Source of the DNA: Octopus vulgaris
Taxonomy: Eukaryota
DNA: 64,000 nucleotides
NCBI GenBank assembly: GCA_951406725.2
Contig: OX597816.1
Location: 65,658,001-65,722,000, forward strand
Reading direction: 5' to 3'
The notes beneath the pieces are model-generated. The model had not been told where the DNA came from. It saw nothing but the letters and a program-made list of their open reading frames with translations, and ran no database searches. Numbering within the stretch: the stretch's first letter is position 1; each line of letters begins with the position of its first letter. A program made the translations under genes and the position numbers. This document shows positions 24,778 to 38,753 of this stretch, one piece after another.

Positions 24778-27700
24778 ATGACTGCACTTTACCTTGGGTG
24801 TTTGAATGTGCGTGGTCTGAGCTCGAAGTGGAAGCAAGCTTGTTTCCTCGACGACCTCAGATCACACGATATGCATGTGATGGTTGCTACAGAGACCAAG
24901 CTGGACAGTCTACAAGCCCTCTCGCCCCTCCTGAATGACTATGAGAAAATCATGTCTCCCAGAGGGAGAGGGGATATAGTAGTACTGGTTCGAAAAGGTT
25001 TGGCTCTGCAGACAAGTACAGTCTATGTAGACCCAGAAGGTGAGCTGGTCGTCCTTGATGTGATATACAGCAGTAAGGCCTTCAGGTTGATCGGGATCTA
25101 TGCACCTTGAGCTATAGGATTTCAAACTGATTTTTATCGGTGCCTAAAGAACTTTCTCATGAGGTCAAAGACATTAGTGGTGATGGGAAACTTTAACGCT
25201 ATTGTTGATGCGCGCATCGATAGCGTCGGCTCGATCTATAGCAAAGTAAACTCATGTCTCGTTGATCTGCTCAAGCGGTTTCAGCAGGCAGATCGTTACC
25301 GACTTGATCATCCGAACGTCCCAGAGTGGACCTGGAAGAGTGGCGACGGAAGGTTCAAGTCCTATTTAGATAGGATAGTGATAAGAACTGGAGATATGTC
25401 TAGTTTTAGCTGTCCACAGCTTGTCCAAGTAACTTACACTGATCATAGAATGGTTAAGTGTAGACTGGACATAGATAGTACAGTTAAGAGAGGATCCGGC
25501 TACTGTAAACTGAACAAGTCTATTTTGACTTGTGAAGCATACCGTAGCCAGATTGAGGAATTAGTACAGAGGGCGTTAACCGGTGTGGTGGTTAATAACC
25601 GATGGTGGTTCACCTTCAAGAGAGCCATTCATTTTGAGCCCATTAAGTTTAGCCGTCAGCTAAGACTAGATAAGGCCAGAATAGAAGGGCAACTAGTTAA
25701 GGACCTAGAGGAGGTGTTGAGGTTGGGCACGCATCTCACATTTTGGCAGCGAGAATGGCCTTGGACCATCACCTCAAAGCCAAACATGAAGGGTGCAGAG
25801 TTCGGGCTAAAGTGCGTGCATTGAGCAGTGAGGGAATTAATGTTGCCGGATGGGCCCATACGGTAGAAACCCAGTGTAGCAATGATGCCACAATTAGGTC
25901 TCTCATGGATAACAATGGGTGTGCGGTCGATGGATGGGACGAGATGTATGAGGTGATTCACAAGCACTTTGCCGAGTTGTTTGGAAGTGGCGGGGTGCTG
26001 GATTATGGCGAGGCCCTTAGGGACTTCCTGTCTGGTGGCCCGCGTCTCTTGGCACAAGAGGCTGTGTGCTGTGAAGAGCCAATCATGGTCGAGGAGGTGA
26101 TCAAGATACTGGGCGAATACCCCGGGAGAAGTCGCCAGGTCACGATGGTCTGCCTTACGAATTTTACAAAAGTATGCCAGACTTGTTCAGGCACCTGCTG
26201 GCCGGCGTCTACGCCAATTGGCAGCAGAATGGGAGAATTCCCAAGTCTGCGAGCCGGGGGTGGTAACGTTGATCAGGAAGGACCCGAGCAAGGGGGACGA
26301 GATAGGGAACTTCAGGCCCATAACTCTGCTGAACACAGAGTTAAAGATTTTGGCCAAGGTCCTAGCGAAAAGGTTGACACGGGTCGTGGACAAACTTGTC
26401 AGGGAAGCGCAAATGTGTGCTATCCTGGGCAGGATGATCCACGACAATCTCCACCTTATATGCTACTCCTTAGAGATGGTGGGGAAGCTTTCTGGCGCAG
26501 GGGGGTGGGGAGCACTGGTACATTTAGACCAGTCTAAGGCATTCGATAGGGTCGACCATCGGTACTTGGCGGCGGTCCTCAAGAAGGCCGGCCTGGGCCC
26601 GACCTTCCACGGTTGGATTGCTGCGTTGTACAGCGACATCGAGTCCATCATAAAAGTGAATGGTTTCCTTTCGAAGCCATTCAGGATCGAGCGCTCAGTG
26701 CATCAGGAGTGTCCCCTGTCCCCGCTTTTTATATGTACTGGCTCTCAAGCCATTATTGCGGAAGTTGGAGGCACTAGGGGTTGCACCGCAAGATCTATGG
26801 TATGGAAGAGAAGCTACGGCATATGTGGATGACATCTCCATCATCGTAGCGGATGAGGGCCAGCTTCCAGTGATGGAAGAGGCTATCAAAAGTTATGAGG
26901 CGATGGCAGGAGCAAAGGTTAACAAGGACAAGTCAATTGGTTTGCAGCTCGGCACCTGGAGGGGCAAGCCGATGCCGTCCAATAACGTCGTGGGGCGTTG
27001 GACGGAAGGTCCTGTTAAGCTGCTCGGTGTCTGGTTTAGGCCAGACCTCCAGATAGAGAAAAATTGGAGTGAGGTGGCCAGCAAGGTGACTGCTCTAACC
27101 CAGACTTGGTCTGGGCGGGCGTTATCCTTGCAAGGAAAGGCGGAGGTGGTGCAGATGTTTATAGCATCGGTTATCACCTACCGTCTGACCGTGGTGCCTT
27201 CCCCCAATTGGTGGCTGAACAAGTTGGAGAGCATCCTTTCCCGCTTTTTGTGGAAGGGAGGAAAGCCACTCGTGAAGCACTCTGTCTGCTACCTAAAACG
27301 GCTAAAGGGTGGGCTAGGGATGCCTTGGCTGAGGATGCGAAAATTTGCGTTAAGGTTGAGGCACCTCTGACTTTACCTGGATGGAGAGCAGGTGTGGTCA
27401 CCACACATTCGGTTCTATCTTCCGCAATTAACGTCATTAACGGACATTGGTAATTGGATCAAGCAGAGACCTAGGCTGGGGGACTGGCAATTGGAGTGCC
27501 GCCAGGCACTTCAACTACTCTCTCGGGCGGGCAATGCCAGCAATAGGAGTTCCACCATGGATTTCTATAGTGGGTTAGTGGAGGTTAAGTCCGAAGACGC
27601 CTTGGGGGAGACCCTGGGCTACGATGAAAATCAGTTAATCAACCTGTTCCGGAGAACTTTCGGGCCGGGGTATCTGGACAATTACCAGAAATCTCTGGCT

Positions 27701-28168
27701 TGGCAGTGCTTCCGTGCGGCGTTACCTGTTCGTGATAACCTGTCAAGGCACGGAAGTGCCGTCTCACCAACATGTCTGAGGTGCGGGCAGGACAGGGAAA
27801 CCATCTTGCACGCATTTGTGGAGTGTCTGGAATTAATGAGACTGATAGTTTTTGCAGAGCAACTGTTGTCATCGATGGGAAGAGTACAGCTATCAGCTGA
27901 ATCTATCATCGAGATTGTGCTGCCCCCTTCCCTTAACAGGGAAAGGAAGGCTTGCTTTTTCTGCATAGTAGCCATACTGAAAGAAACAGTATGGAAGACG
28001 CGTGTGAGAGGCATTGTGTCGGGTACCTTTGTATCCGGCAAGGTTAACTTTTTTAGTTGCCACCTCAGTAATAAGATCAGGCTGGAAAAAAGGTACCTGT
28101 CATGAGACAGATTCATGAGAAGATGGAAGGCTATGGCAAGGAATCTGGGAGTGTTTGGCACCAGGTAA
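24778..28168 (+). pseudogene. ORF2 (APE endonuclease, RT, Cys-rich zf-RVT region) of an L1/Tx1-like LINE
   Basis: LNVRGL, ETKL, IYAP, GNFN, SYLDR, TDH; FRPITLLNTELKILAKVLAKRL, LDQSKAFDRVDH, QECPLSP, AYVDD; CLRCGQDRETILHAF. Several stops and frameshifts. The 3' UTR ends in AAATAAA at about 28401. Confidence 0.92.
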
Positions 28169-29406
28169 GAAAAGGCAAGGGGTCTACCCTGGTGGTCGGA
28201 TGCCTATCCTTCAGAGAAGCCATTACAAATTTCATTTGTAATGAGCAACGCTTAAGTCAAAAGTTATAAACATATTTATTAAATTATTGTATTTTTAAAT
28301 TGTAAATATTTAATCGTTACAGCTACTTCACTCTTTTATGTTTGTCTGTTCTTGTTCGTCCTCTCTTTGTAATGCCTTCATGGCAAATATTTATGAAATA
28401 AAGTAGCTTGCTTGCCAATCACATGGTTCTGGGTTCAGTCCCACTGCTTGGGCAAGTGTCTTCTACTATAGCCTCGGGCCGACCAAAGCCTTGTGAGTGG
28501 ATTTGGTAGACGGAAACTGAAAGAAGCCTGTCGTATATATGTGTATGTATATATGTGTGTGTGTTTGTGTGTCTGTGTTTGTCCCCCCAACATCGCTTGA
28601 CAACCAATGCTGGTGTGTTTACGTACCCGTAACTTAGCGGTTCGGCAAAAGCAACCGATAGAATAAGTCCTAGGGTCAATTTCCTCAACTAAAAGGCAGT
28701 GCTCCAGCATGGCCACAGTCAAATGACTGAAACAAGTAAAAGCGAAAAAGAGTACAAGGCTCAGTCCTTGTTGTAGGGTGGTGATTTGTGTGCCTTAATA
28801 ACCCCAAAACCCCAAAAGCTATGCTCATAGAACACCAGCTCCTGTAAAAGTAAGGTAAAGTTACCTTCTTGAGTCAAACTGACTCATAAGGGCCAGTTTC
28901 CTGGTTTCATAGTGTATAAATCTCATACTTGGATGGAACACCAATCCATCACAGTATTATTTGTTTTTACCCACCAAATGGACTGGCGAAATGTGAAATG
29001 AATTGTTTTGCCCAAGAATATAATGCTTTGCCCGGTCCAGGAACTGAAACCACAATCTTACAATCATAAGCCCAACACCCTAACCACTAAGTCACACGTC
29101 TCCACGCACTAGCTCCTGATAGGGTCTTCTATGCAAGACAAGTGAAAGCAAAACTAATATGGATCACTTCTTCCCTAAGGTAAAAATGGGTCTGCATAGG
29201 AGCAACACCCTTACACCAACAGCCTTATAAGAATGATAGTTCTTGTTTCCCAAAACAGTAAATAGTATGTTTACTGATGTGCATAAAGCTTGGTCCAGCT
29301 GGAATTAAATATTTAATGTCACACAAAGGCATAGAAAAGAGCCAAGTTTCAGAAGCATCAATAGAAATTCAAACCCAACAAGATCTGGGAGAGAAAGAAT
29401 TTAAAC

Positions 29407-30378
29407 CAGTGGTTCTTAACCATTTTTTTATCTATGGACTCCTTTACTCTTTACTCTTTATTCTTTTACTTGTTTCAGTCATTTGACTGTGGCCATGCTG
29501 GAACACCATCTTTAGTCAAGCAAATCAACCCCAGGACTTATTCTTTGTAAGCCTAATACTTATTCTCTTGCCGAACTGCTAAGTTACGGGGATGTAAACA
29601 CACCAGCATCAGTTGTCAAGCGATGTTGGAGGGACAAACACAAACACACAAACATATACACACACACACAAACATATACGCACATACACATACATATGTA
29701 TATATACATATATATGACAGAGCACAGCTGTGGTTGGACAGGCGAGACAGGAAGAGGACAACTGCAGCAACACCCCACACGTACCCATCGATGTTCGTGT
29801 GCAGCAAATGTACCAAGGACTGCCAAGGACAGTCACAGCAGACGCTGCACATCATCATAGTAGGTGCCACCCTTGGCGCAACCCATTGTCTATCAAGACA
29901 GACGGGGAAAGAGAGGTATATGACAGACTTCTTTCAGTTTCCATTCACCAAATCCACTCACAAGGCTTTGGTCAGTCTGAGGCTATAGTAGAAGACACTT
30001 GCCCAAGGTACCACGCAGTGGGACTGAACCCAGAACCATGTGGTTTGTAAGCAAGCTACTTACCACACAGCCACTCCTACACCCATTCTGGTCACTATTC
30101 TATTTTGGTGGACCCCCAAAGCCATTTGATGTTTATGAACTAGTTTTATAGATACTTCTTTCAGAATTCTTATTTTGTTATTCACACATTAACTTGTGTA
30201 AGCTGAACTATGTAAAACGTTTGAGAAAGAAATTTAGCTGTTTCTTGCGATAAATTCATCTAAATCAAAACTATTCCATGGACCCTAAATATACAACTGT
30301 AGATTCCCAATTTGCGATTTTGCTTGCATGACCCCTTCCCGCCATCAATCTTGAATGGACCCTAGTTGAGAACCACTG
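29407..30378. mobile_element. hAT-like MITE hosting a SINE A, which itself hosts an RTE fragment
   Basis: TIRs CAGTGGTTCTTAAC / GTTGAGAACCACTG. Confidence 0.75.
29721..29917 (+). mobile_element. Extreme 3' fragment of an RTE LINE
   Basis: Encodes RRDRKR...FVCSKCTKDC (RTE C-terminal Cys motif); 10-bp TSD TATATGACAG. Confidence 0.75.
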
Positions 30379-30545
30379 TTTGAGACAGTCCAGAGCTAAG
30401 AACAGTTGAGAAAAGTTATTAGGGATAAACTAAACACATCCCCTATATTTCCTTTATTTCTTTTTAAAACAGTAAACTGTGAAATGAGAATTATTTAATT
30501 TAGCCAGTGGCTACAGTTCCTATCACCAAGTATAACCCATGACTT

Positions 30546-30818
30546 GAAGGTGCATGGCTCAGTGGCTAGAGCATCGAGCTCACAGTCATAAGATAGTCAC
30601 TTCGATTCTCAGACCAGGCTGTGTGTTGTGTTCTTGAGCAAGACACTTTATTTCATGTTGCTCAAGTTCACTTAGCTATAGAAATGAGGTGTGATGTCAC
30701 TGGTGCCAAGCTGTATCAAGGTTTACCTTTCCCTCAGATAACATCAATGGTGTGGAGAAGGAATGCTGGTCTTCCATAAATAACCTTACCCAGACTTGTG
30801 CCTCAGGGAGTAACTTTC
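30546..30818 (+). mobile_element. Older tRNA-derived SINE (fifth family)
   Basis: TGGCTCAGTGGCTAGAGC...TTCGATTC...GTTGTGTTCTTGAGCAAGACACTT; related fragments near 9590-9750 and 36015-36300. Confidence 0.65.
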
Positions 30819-31014
30819 TTTTGTAGGTCTTCATAATAAACACACAGTAAACTAAGATAAGATGTGTGTTTCAGTTTCCATAATTTCTGTCTTAATTCAC
30901 TAATCAGACATTGAGTCTTAGTATAGGATCTGAAGGAGATTATTATTATTATTTCTAAGTATTTTATGGTAGATTCCACTGCAATGCAATCTCCTTCACT
31001 GAAAGCAAAATAAA
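30815..31014 (+). repeat. Diverged duplicate of 33555-33750
   Basis: About 200 bp of close similarity; donor GT changed to AT; one extra ATT unit. Confidence 0.9.
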
Positions 31015-31536
31015 TCTCATGGAATCTCGTGATCATTCATGAACAAAGTAGGGGGTCTTTACCCTTTAACCATGAAAAATATAAAATAATATGCATCAAA
31101 AATGCCACCACAAAAAAATACATTTAACTGCTTTCACTAGGAAGTAGAAGAACCAAGTAAAAGCTTTAAAAAATTTAAGATTTCTTAGTTACTGTCTTCA
31201 TCGATGTCATTTTTTATAACTCTATGTTATCAAGCAGACTTTTAAACAAAGATTTTCAGAGAAAGATTTAGCTGCCCATGTAGAAGTAACCATATTGACT
31301 CAGGGGTATATTTGTCTTCTGTTAAAGGATGACAGCATTTTATAGTTTCTGGTGAATTTTCATAAATAATTCCGACCTATTATTCTTGATATTGCTACCG
31401 TTACTATGGTTATAAGATACATTGATGTTACAGCTGTGGCTATTATTGTTATTATTGATATTATGGAAGGCAAGGATAAAGTTATTAAATTTGTTACTGA
31501 ATAATCTAATGTGCTTATCTAGTAGTCAATTAGTGA

Positions 31537-32107
<571 letters not shown>

Positions 32108-32603
32108 ATTTTAAAATAGGATAAAATCTTTATAAGAATTTATCAAATAGTTAGCATAAGGGAAACCTCATAAGGGAAAAACCCATCAATTATTTCTCTT
32201 AAATATATTTATTTATATTAAGGGCATTACTATACATAAATGCCTCACGGTAGGAGGGATTCTTAAAGTCAAAACTATATATATCCATTGTTGTTGATTC
32301 AGAGAAGAAGTACTCAGTACAAAGATAAAGTTCAGTAGCTTACTAAACCTCACCCAGAGTAACTACAACTTGCATAAATTACACCCACACACACACACAC
32401 ACGCACACACACACACATACACATATATACATATAGGCACAGGTGTTGCCCTGTGGTAGGAAGCTTGCTTCAGAACTACATGGTTCTCAGTTCATTCTCA
32501 CTGTATGACACCTTAAGCAAGTGTCTTCTATCATAGCCAGAAGCCAACCAAAGCCTTGTGAATAGATCTGGGAGATGGAAACTGAAAGGAGACCCCCCCC
32601 CCC

Positions 32604-32651
<48 letters not shown>

Positions 32652-33163
32652 ATATATGTATGACCCTCCATGTTTTTTTATCGTTCGGTTTCCTTGTATG
32701 TCTCTACTGTTCTGTTTTGGTTCCTATCTTTGACCCGCCATAAAATCCAAAATTTATTTTGGAAGTAATGGGAGCAACTGTCTTCAAAGACTCATATTGT
32801 CATTGAACACTCAAAATGAGGAGTAGATAGACAGCCCGCAACTGATGAAGGGTCGTTCTTTGTGTTACTTGTCCTGTTTTCAATTTTTTTTTCTCTCGTT
32901 GTTTGCATCTTTAACTTGCTTGTTTTTGTACTTCCTGTTGTTTACAGTTGGTGATGTCCTGTACCCATATATGCATCATCATCATCATCATCAACAGACT
33001 TCTTTCAGTATCCATGTACCAAATCCACTCACGAAGTTTTTGGTCAACCTGAAGCTATTGTAGAAGACATTTGCCCAAGGTGCGCAATGCTGTGGGACTG
33101 AACCCAGAACCATGTGGTTGGGAAGCAAGTTTCTTAAAACACAGCCATGCCCATGCCTGTACC

Positions 33164-33209
<46 letters not shown>

Positions 33210-33401
33210 GGAATGGTTGGCGTTAGGAAGGGCATCCAGCTATAGAAACTCTGCCAAATCAAGATTGGAGCCTGGTGCAGCCATCTGGTTCACCAGCCCT
33301 CAGTCAAAATCGTCCAACTCATGCTAGCATGGAAAGTGGACGTTAAACGATGATGATATATATATATTTATATACACACACAAACACTCTCATATACATA
33401 C

Positions 33402-33448
<47 letters not shown>

Positions 33449-33564
33449 ATGAGAACTTTATATCTCTCTCTAGAAGAAAAACTATGTATAAAAGTACACA
33501 TTCACAAACACAGATATATACATATAAAGTATTATTTAACATTTTCCCATGGTTTCTTTTGTAG

Positions 33565-33594
33565 GTCTTCATAATAAACACACAGTAAACTAAG
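33565..33594 (+). other. Candidate 30-nt non-coding exon
   Basis: tttcttttgtAG|GTCTTCATAATAAACACACAGTAAACTAAG|GTAAGA; stop codons in all three frames. Confidence 0.4.
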
Positions 33595-34259
33595 GTAAGA
33601 TGTGTGTTTCAGTTTCCATGATTTCTGTCTTAATTCACTAATCAGACATTGACCCTTAGTATAGGATCTGAAGGAGATTATTATTATTTCTAAGTAACTT
33701 ATGGTAGATTCCACTGCAATGCAATCTCCTTCACTGAAAGCAAAGTAAAATGAAATCTCTAATCCTTATATTAAAACAAAATCTTTTGCATATAATTTGA
33801 AATTCTCTTTTATTCCAGTTGGAAGCCATTTTCATTTGATGATAGAAATGATGACTTTCATTTTTGATATGTTTATCTTTTTTTTAATCCATATTCAATC
33901 AATCAATTCTGTAATTAATTTGACATTCCACAATATCACTTAATAATTTAGCCAAGCATTTTAATCTCCTAATCTATAATGGACATTTTAAGAAGATAGA
34001 AGAAATAAAAAGTAAAAATAAGAAAGATATAACGTACAAGGGGAAAAAAACAAAATGGAGAAAGTGTCTTTTTAAATGATGGGGAAAAAATAGATGTAGC
34101 GTTAAAAAAGTATGTAAATGAATGACATCAGTATAATTTAATATTTAAGGTTCTAATCTAAAGTTTTTGTTTAAAGATTAATTAATTTTATTATTATTAT
34201 CATTATTAATATCATCATCATCATCTTCATGATTTTGTTGTTGTTGTTGTTATCATTAT

Positions 34260-35106
34260 TGAGGTGGCAAGCGGGCAGAATCATTAGTACACCAGGCAAA
34301 ATGCTTGGTGGCATTTCCTCCGTCATTACAGTATGAGTTCAAATTCTGTTAAGGTTGACTTTACCTTTCATCCTTTCTTTTTGTGGGGGGGGGGGTCAAA
34401 AAATAAATATCAGTGAAGCACCGGGGTCAAAATAATCGACTTACCTCCCCTCCCCTGAGACTTCTGCCAAAATTTGAAACCATTATTATTATTATTAATA
34501 AGGTAACAAGCTGGCAGAACTATTAGCATGCCAGGCAAAATGCTTAACAACATTTTTTCCATCTTTATGTTCTGAGTTCAAATTCTGCTGAAGTCTATGT
34601 TATCTTTCATCCTTTCAGGATCAACGCAAACATATACACACAAACACACACATATATATATATATATACATATATATGACGGGCTTCTTTCAGTTTCTCT
34701 CTACCAAATCCACTCGCAAGGCTTTGGTTGGCCCGAGGCTATAGTAGAAGACACTTGCTCAAGGTCCCACGCAGTGGGACTGAACCCGGAACCATGTGGT
34801 TGGTAAGCAAGCTACTACCCACCCAGCCACTCCTACACTGTCAACTATCCCCATAGCATTATACCTATAGACTGGATATTAGTACCATTTTTTAGGCAGT
34901 GAGCTGGCAGAATCACGAGCACACCGGGAAAAGTGCTTAGTGGTATTTCATCTGTCTCTGTGTTCTGAGTTCAAATTCTGCTGAGATCAACTTAGCCTTT
35001 CATTCTTTCAGGGTCATTAAAATAAGTACCAGTTGAACACTAGGGTTGATGTAATCAATTTATCCATTTCTACAAAATTTCTGGTCTTGTGGCAAAAATA
35101 TGTAAC

Positions 35107-35142
<36 letters not shown>

Positions 35143-35612
35143 AGTGGTTAGCTGGCAGAATCGTTAGCATGTCAGGTGAAATCCTTAGCAGTATTTTGTC
35201 TACCATTACGTTCTGAGTTCAAATTCTGCCAAGGTTGACTTTGCCTTTCATCCTTTCAGGATCGATGAAATAAGTACTAGTTGAACACTGGGGTCGATAT
35301 AATTGACTCATCCACACCTCCTCCAAGCTGCCCTTGTGGCAAAAATTTGAAATAATTAATATTATTATTACTATTAAGGTGAGGAACTGGCAGAATCATT
35401 AGCACACCAGGCAAAATGCTTAGCGGTATTTCAAATTCTGCCAAGGTCAACTTTGCCTTTCATCCTTTCGGGGTCGATCAGTTAAGTACCAGTGAAATAC
35501 AGGGGTCAATAAATTAAGTACCAGTGAAACGCTGGGATTGATGGAATCAACTTATCCCCTACTCCAAAATTGCTGCCTCTTGTGACAAAATCTGAAACCA
35601 TTATTATTATTA
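34260..35612 (+). mobile_element. Head-to-tail cluster of five SINE B copies, most separated by (TTA)n
   Basis: Heads at about 34262, 34501, 34894, 35143 and 35377; one SINE A half at 34620-34835. Confidence 0.85.
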
Positions 35613-35964
35613 TTTATATATATAAATGGCAAGATGTCTGTGTGTGTGTGTGTCCTTTATACAAAACCACAATTTTTCAGTTAGAGGGCTCGCACTTTCT
35701 ATGGTCATTCAAAACTGTCCAAGGGTGGTCGTGCATATCTTTACATTTCCCCAGTCACCCTGCAAATCCATTTAAAAAAATCAATTGAAGTGACTTTTTT
35801 GTGAATTTTCTATCCAAAACCCAATCAAGACGCCAATTGAATGCCAGCTAGCTGTATGTGATTGGTCAGAGATTTGGTCAGTACTCACATGTATGTGCGC
35901 ATGCACGCAGCTGTATATGCATGCACTAGCACTATGACCCAGTGTTGCCGGGTCATAGTGCTAG
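35613..35964 (+). mobile_element. Non-autonomous Helitron-like element
   Basis: TATATATATAAATGGC start, short GT tract, 3' hairpin CTAGCACTATGACCC/GGGTCATAGTGCTAG, terminus CTAG followed by T. Confidence 0.7.
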
Positions 35965-36319
35965 TTGTTATCATTATTATTATTATTATTATTATAATGA
36001 TGACTACTATGTGCAGACGCATGACCTAGTGGTTAGGGTACTGCACTCACAATTGCGAGAATCATGGTTCCAGTTCCTAAAAGAGGTAGTGTGTTGTGTT
36101 CTTGAGCAAAACACTTCATCTCATGTTGCTTTGCAATCAGTTCAACACCTGATGCATGGTGCACTTGTTTAGGTAATGTTGATTTGATGGAGAGAGTGAG
36201 CTAATGCACAACACATACATTTGATCACTTATAAACAAATCATTTGTGCAGTTCATTGGGCAAAAAGCTGAACGCTCATCTGCTTTCTTCGATGGGAGAG
36301 TCCACCATTATTGTTATTA

Positions 36320-36631
36320 TTCTATGTTTGACTTTTGCTTTATATTTGTACAAGTTGGCTCCAAGTCTCACCCAGAGACCTCAAGAGACAACAGGTTGGA
36401 AGTTTGTGATGTTGTTATGCCTAGTGTGCCATATATTTGGTTTTGTATTTAGTGTTGTACTAGTGACTGTCTAAAAAAAAAGATAAAAAAACCAAAATTA
36501 TGTTTGTTTTAAAACTTGAGATTACATAGAAAGTATTTTGCGTAGGATATGAGCAGCTCCCATGAGCACTATCTTTTGAATTTCTGTCATTTTGGGGTTT
36601 CCTTGTATCTGAGTTAGGTAGCGATCAGCCC

Positions 36632-36632
<1 letters not shown>
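36320..36632 (-). mobile_element. 3' end of an R4/Dong-like LINE in (TAA)n
   Basis: EIQKIVLMGAAHILRKILSM C-terminus; the 5' truncation abuts (AAT)n. Confidence 0.75.
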
Positions 36633-36698
<66 letters not shown>

Positions 36699-36699
36699 T

Positions 36700-37640
36700 T
36701 TCCCTTCTTTCTTCAAATTTTCTTCCATTTCTCGCCTAGTGTTTTCTGTACACCTAGGGCAGAGAAGCTCATTGTATGCATTCCCAGATTACACACGCAA
36801 ATTCACAGGTAAAATATGTATTTAAAAAATTAATGAATAAATAAATTCATGAATGGATGTTGTTTTCACAGCGATAATGCTCTTCTCAGTACATGAACCG
36901 TTCCAGTTAACACAATTTTTTGCACTTCCTTTAGGTATGGTAAGCCTGGTATAATTTTCAAATAGGCTTCAGTACCTTTTTTTATCATTCCTAGAGATCC
37001 TACAATCACTGGTACTGTAGTCGCCTTGAGATGCCACATTTTTTCAATTTCTATTAGCAAGTCTTTATATTTACTGATCTTGTCAAATTCTTTTGCCGCT
37101 ATATTGTGATCGCAAGGAATACTCATGTCAATTAATAAACACACCTTTTTTGTCTGATCTTTTATAATAATATCCAGTTTATCAGCTTTTATAGTTTTGT
37201 CGGTATGTACAGGGAAGTCCCATAGAATCGACACATTTTCTTCCTCAGTCACAGCTTCAGGATGGTGTTTATACCATTTGTTAGCGGTTTTGATTTTATA
37301 ATGCTGACATATTGTCCAATGTAAATACTGGCCGACTCTGTCATGTCTTGCTTTATATTCTACAGGTGCTAAGACTCTACACCCTGAGATTAGATGGTCT
37401 ATAGTTTCAATCTCATCGTTATAGAACCAGCATTTTGGGTCAGCTCCATTTTTTATCACATTGGCTTGGTAGTTCCAGGTTAATAAGCTTTGGTCTTGAG
37501 CAGCTAATATCAAACATCCACTCTCTGCTTTTAGCCCTGAGCTTTGTAACCATTGGTGCATGTATTTCTGGTCAACATCAGCTTGTTTTCTGCAGGCCAC
37601 ATACTTGCCATGCAGATGTTTCTGTTCCCATCTGCTAGCT
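36700..37640 (-). mobile_element. R4/Dong-like LINE 3' fragment (CCHC plus restriction-like endonuclease)
   Basis: AAQDQSL, ETIDHLISGC, RHDRVG, ILWDF, LIDMSIP, KISKYKDL, VPVIVGSLG; flanked by (TAA)n. Confidence 0.9.
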
Positions 37641-37660
37641 AATTTTTCATATTATTATTA

Positions 37661-37694
<34 letters not shown>

Positions 37695-38025
37695 CGTTGC
37701 CAGAGTGGCTATCTGGCCTCCGTGCCGGTGGCATGTAACACCATTCGAGTGTGATCATTACCAGCATCGCCATACTGGCACCTGTGCCGGTGGCATGTGT
37801 AAAAGATTCAAGTGAGGTCATTGCCAGTACCGCCTGACTGGCCCCGTGCCAGTGGCACATAAAAGCACCCACTACACTCTCGTAGTGGTTGGCGTTAGGA
37901 AGGGCATCCAGCTGTAGAAACTCTGCCAGATCTAGACTGGAGCCTGGTGCAGCCATCTGGTTTGCCAACCCTCAGTCATTCGTCCAACCCATGCTAGCTT
38001 GGAAAGCGGACATTAAACGATGATG

Positions 38026-38097
<72 letters not shown>

Positions 38098-38753
38098 CAA
38101 GTTGTAACTGTTTTAAACAAAACTATAATGTAATCTTTATGCAACATGTAGCTATCTTCAACCAAATTGCTGATTAAAAAAAAAAAAAGAAGCAAAAAGT
38201 CCTATTTGCATTCCATTTAAGGTTAATTTCTTGTCACTATCTCTCTTTCTAAGCAATTTTATTGGTATAGGTAGCTTATAAATGGAAGAATTACATGCAA
38301 TGGAATGAAGCAAGACTGTCTAAAATGCAAAACATTTCATTGTCAGTGATTTACTATGGACAAATTGTAGGTCACAGTATAATCTTGATAACAACCTTAA
38401 CAACCTAGGGGCTACAATTTCAACACCAATGTCAGTCTATGGAGCTTGCAGATTCACTATCAACAGAAAAGGACTGACTTTGGATGACGGTTATAAACCA
38501 ATAATTATAAAGAAAGAAGTGACCTTTAAATATCATTCCATTCAGTACTATTCAATACAATATATGCTTGTTATAGGCATTCTCAATATGGAGACAATAT
38601 ATTGACAATTTCAGTTTATGCAGAAATATTCAAAACTATAGAAGAGTGAAAATGTCTGTAGTGTTTGCATAATGCTTTTATATATGTTTTATGTTTTCAT
38701 TTAATTTCATTTCCTATCTATTTACTTGCACTGGTTATACAGCAACAACAAGT

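Noticed and set aside
32820-32870. CTGATGA motifs at about 32842 and 51910 as hammerheads
   Set aside because: I could not find a correctly placed stem II-GAAA-stem III.
38270-38606. About 93-codon open frame in unique sequence
   Set aside because: No recognisable motif, no good donor, and preceded by a stop; plausible by chance.
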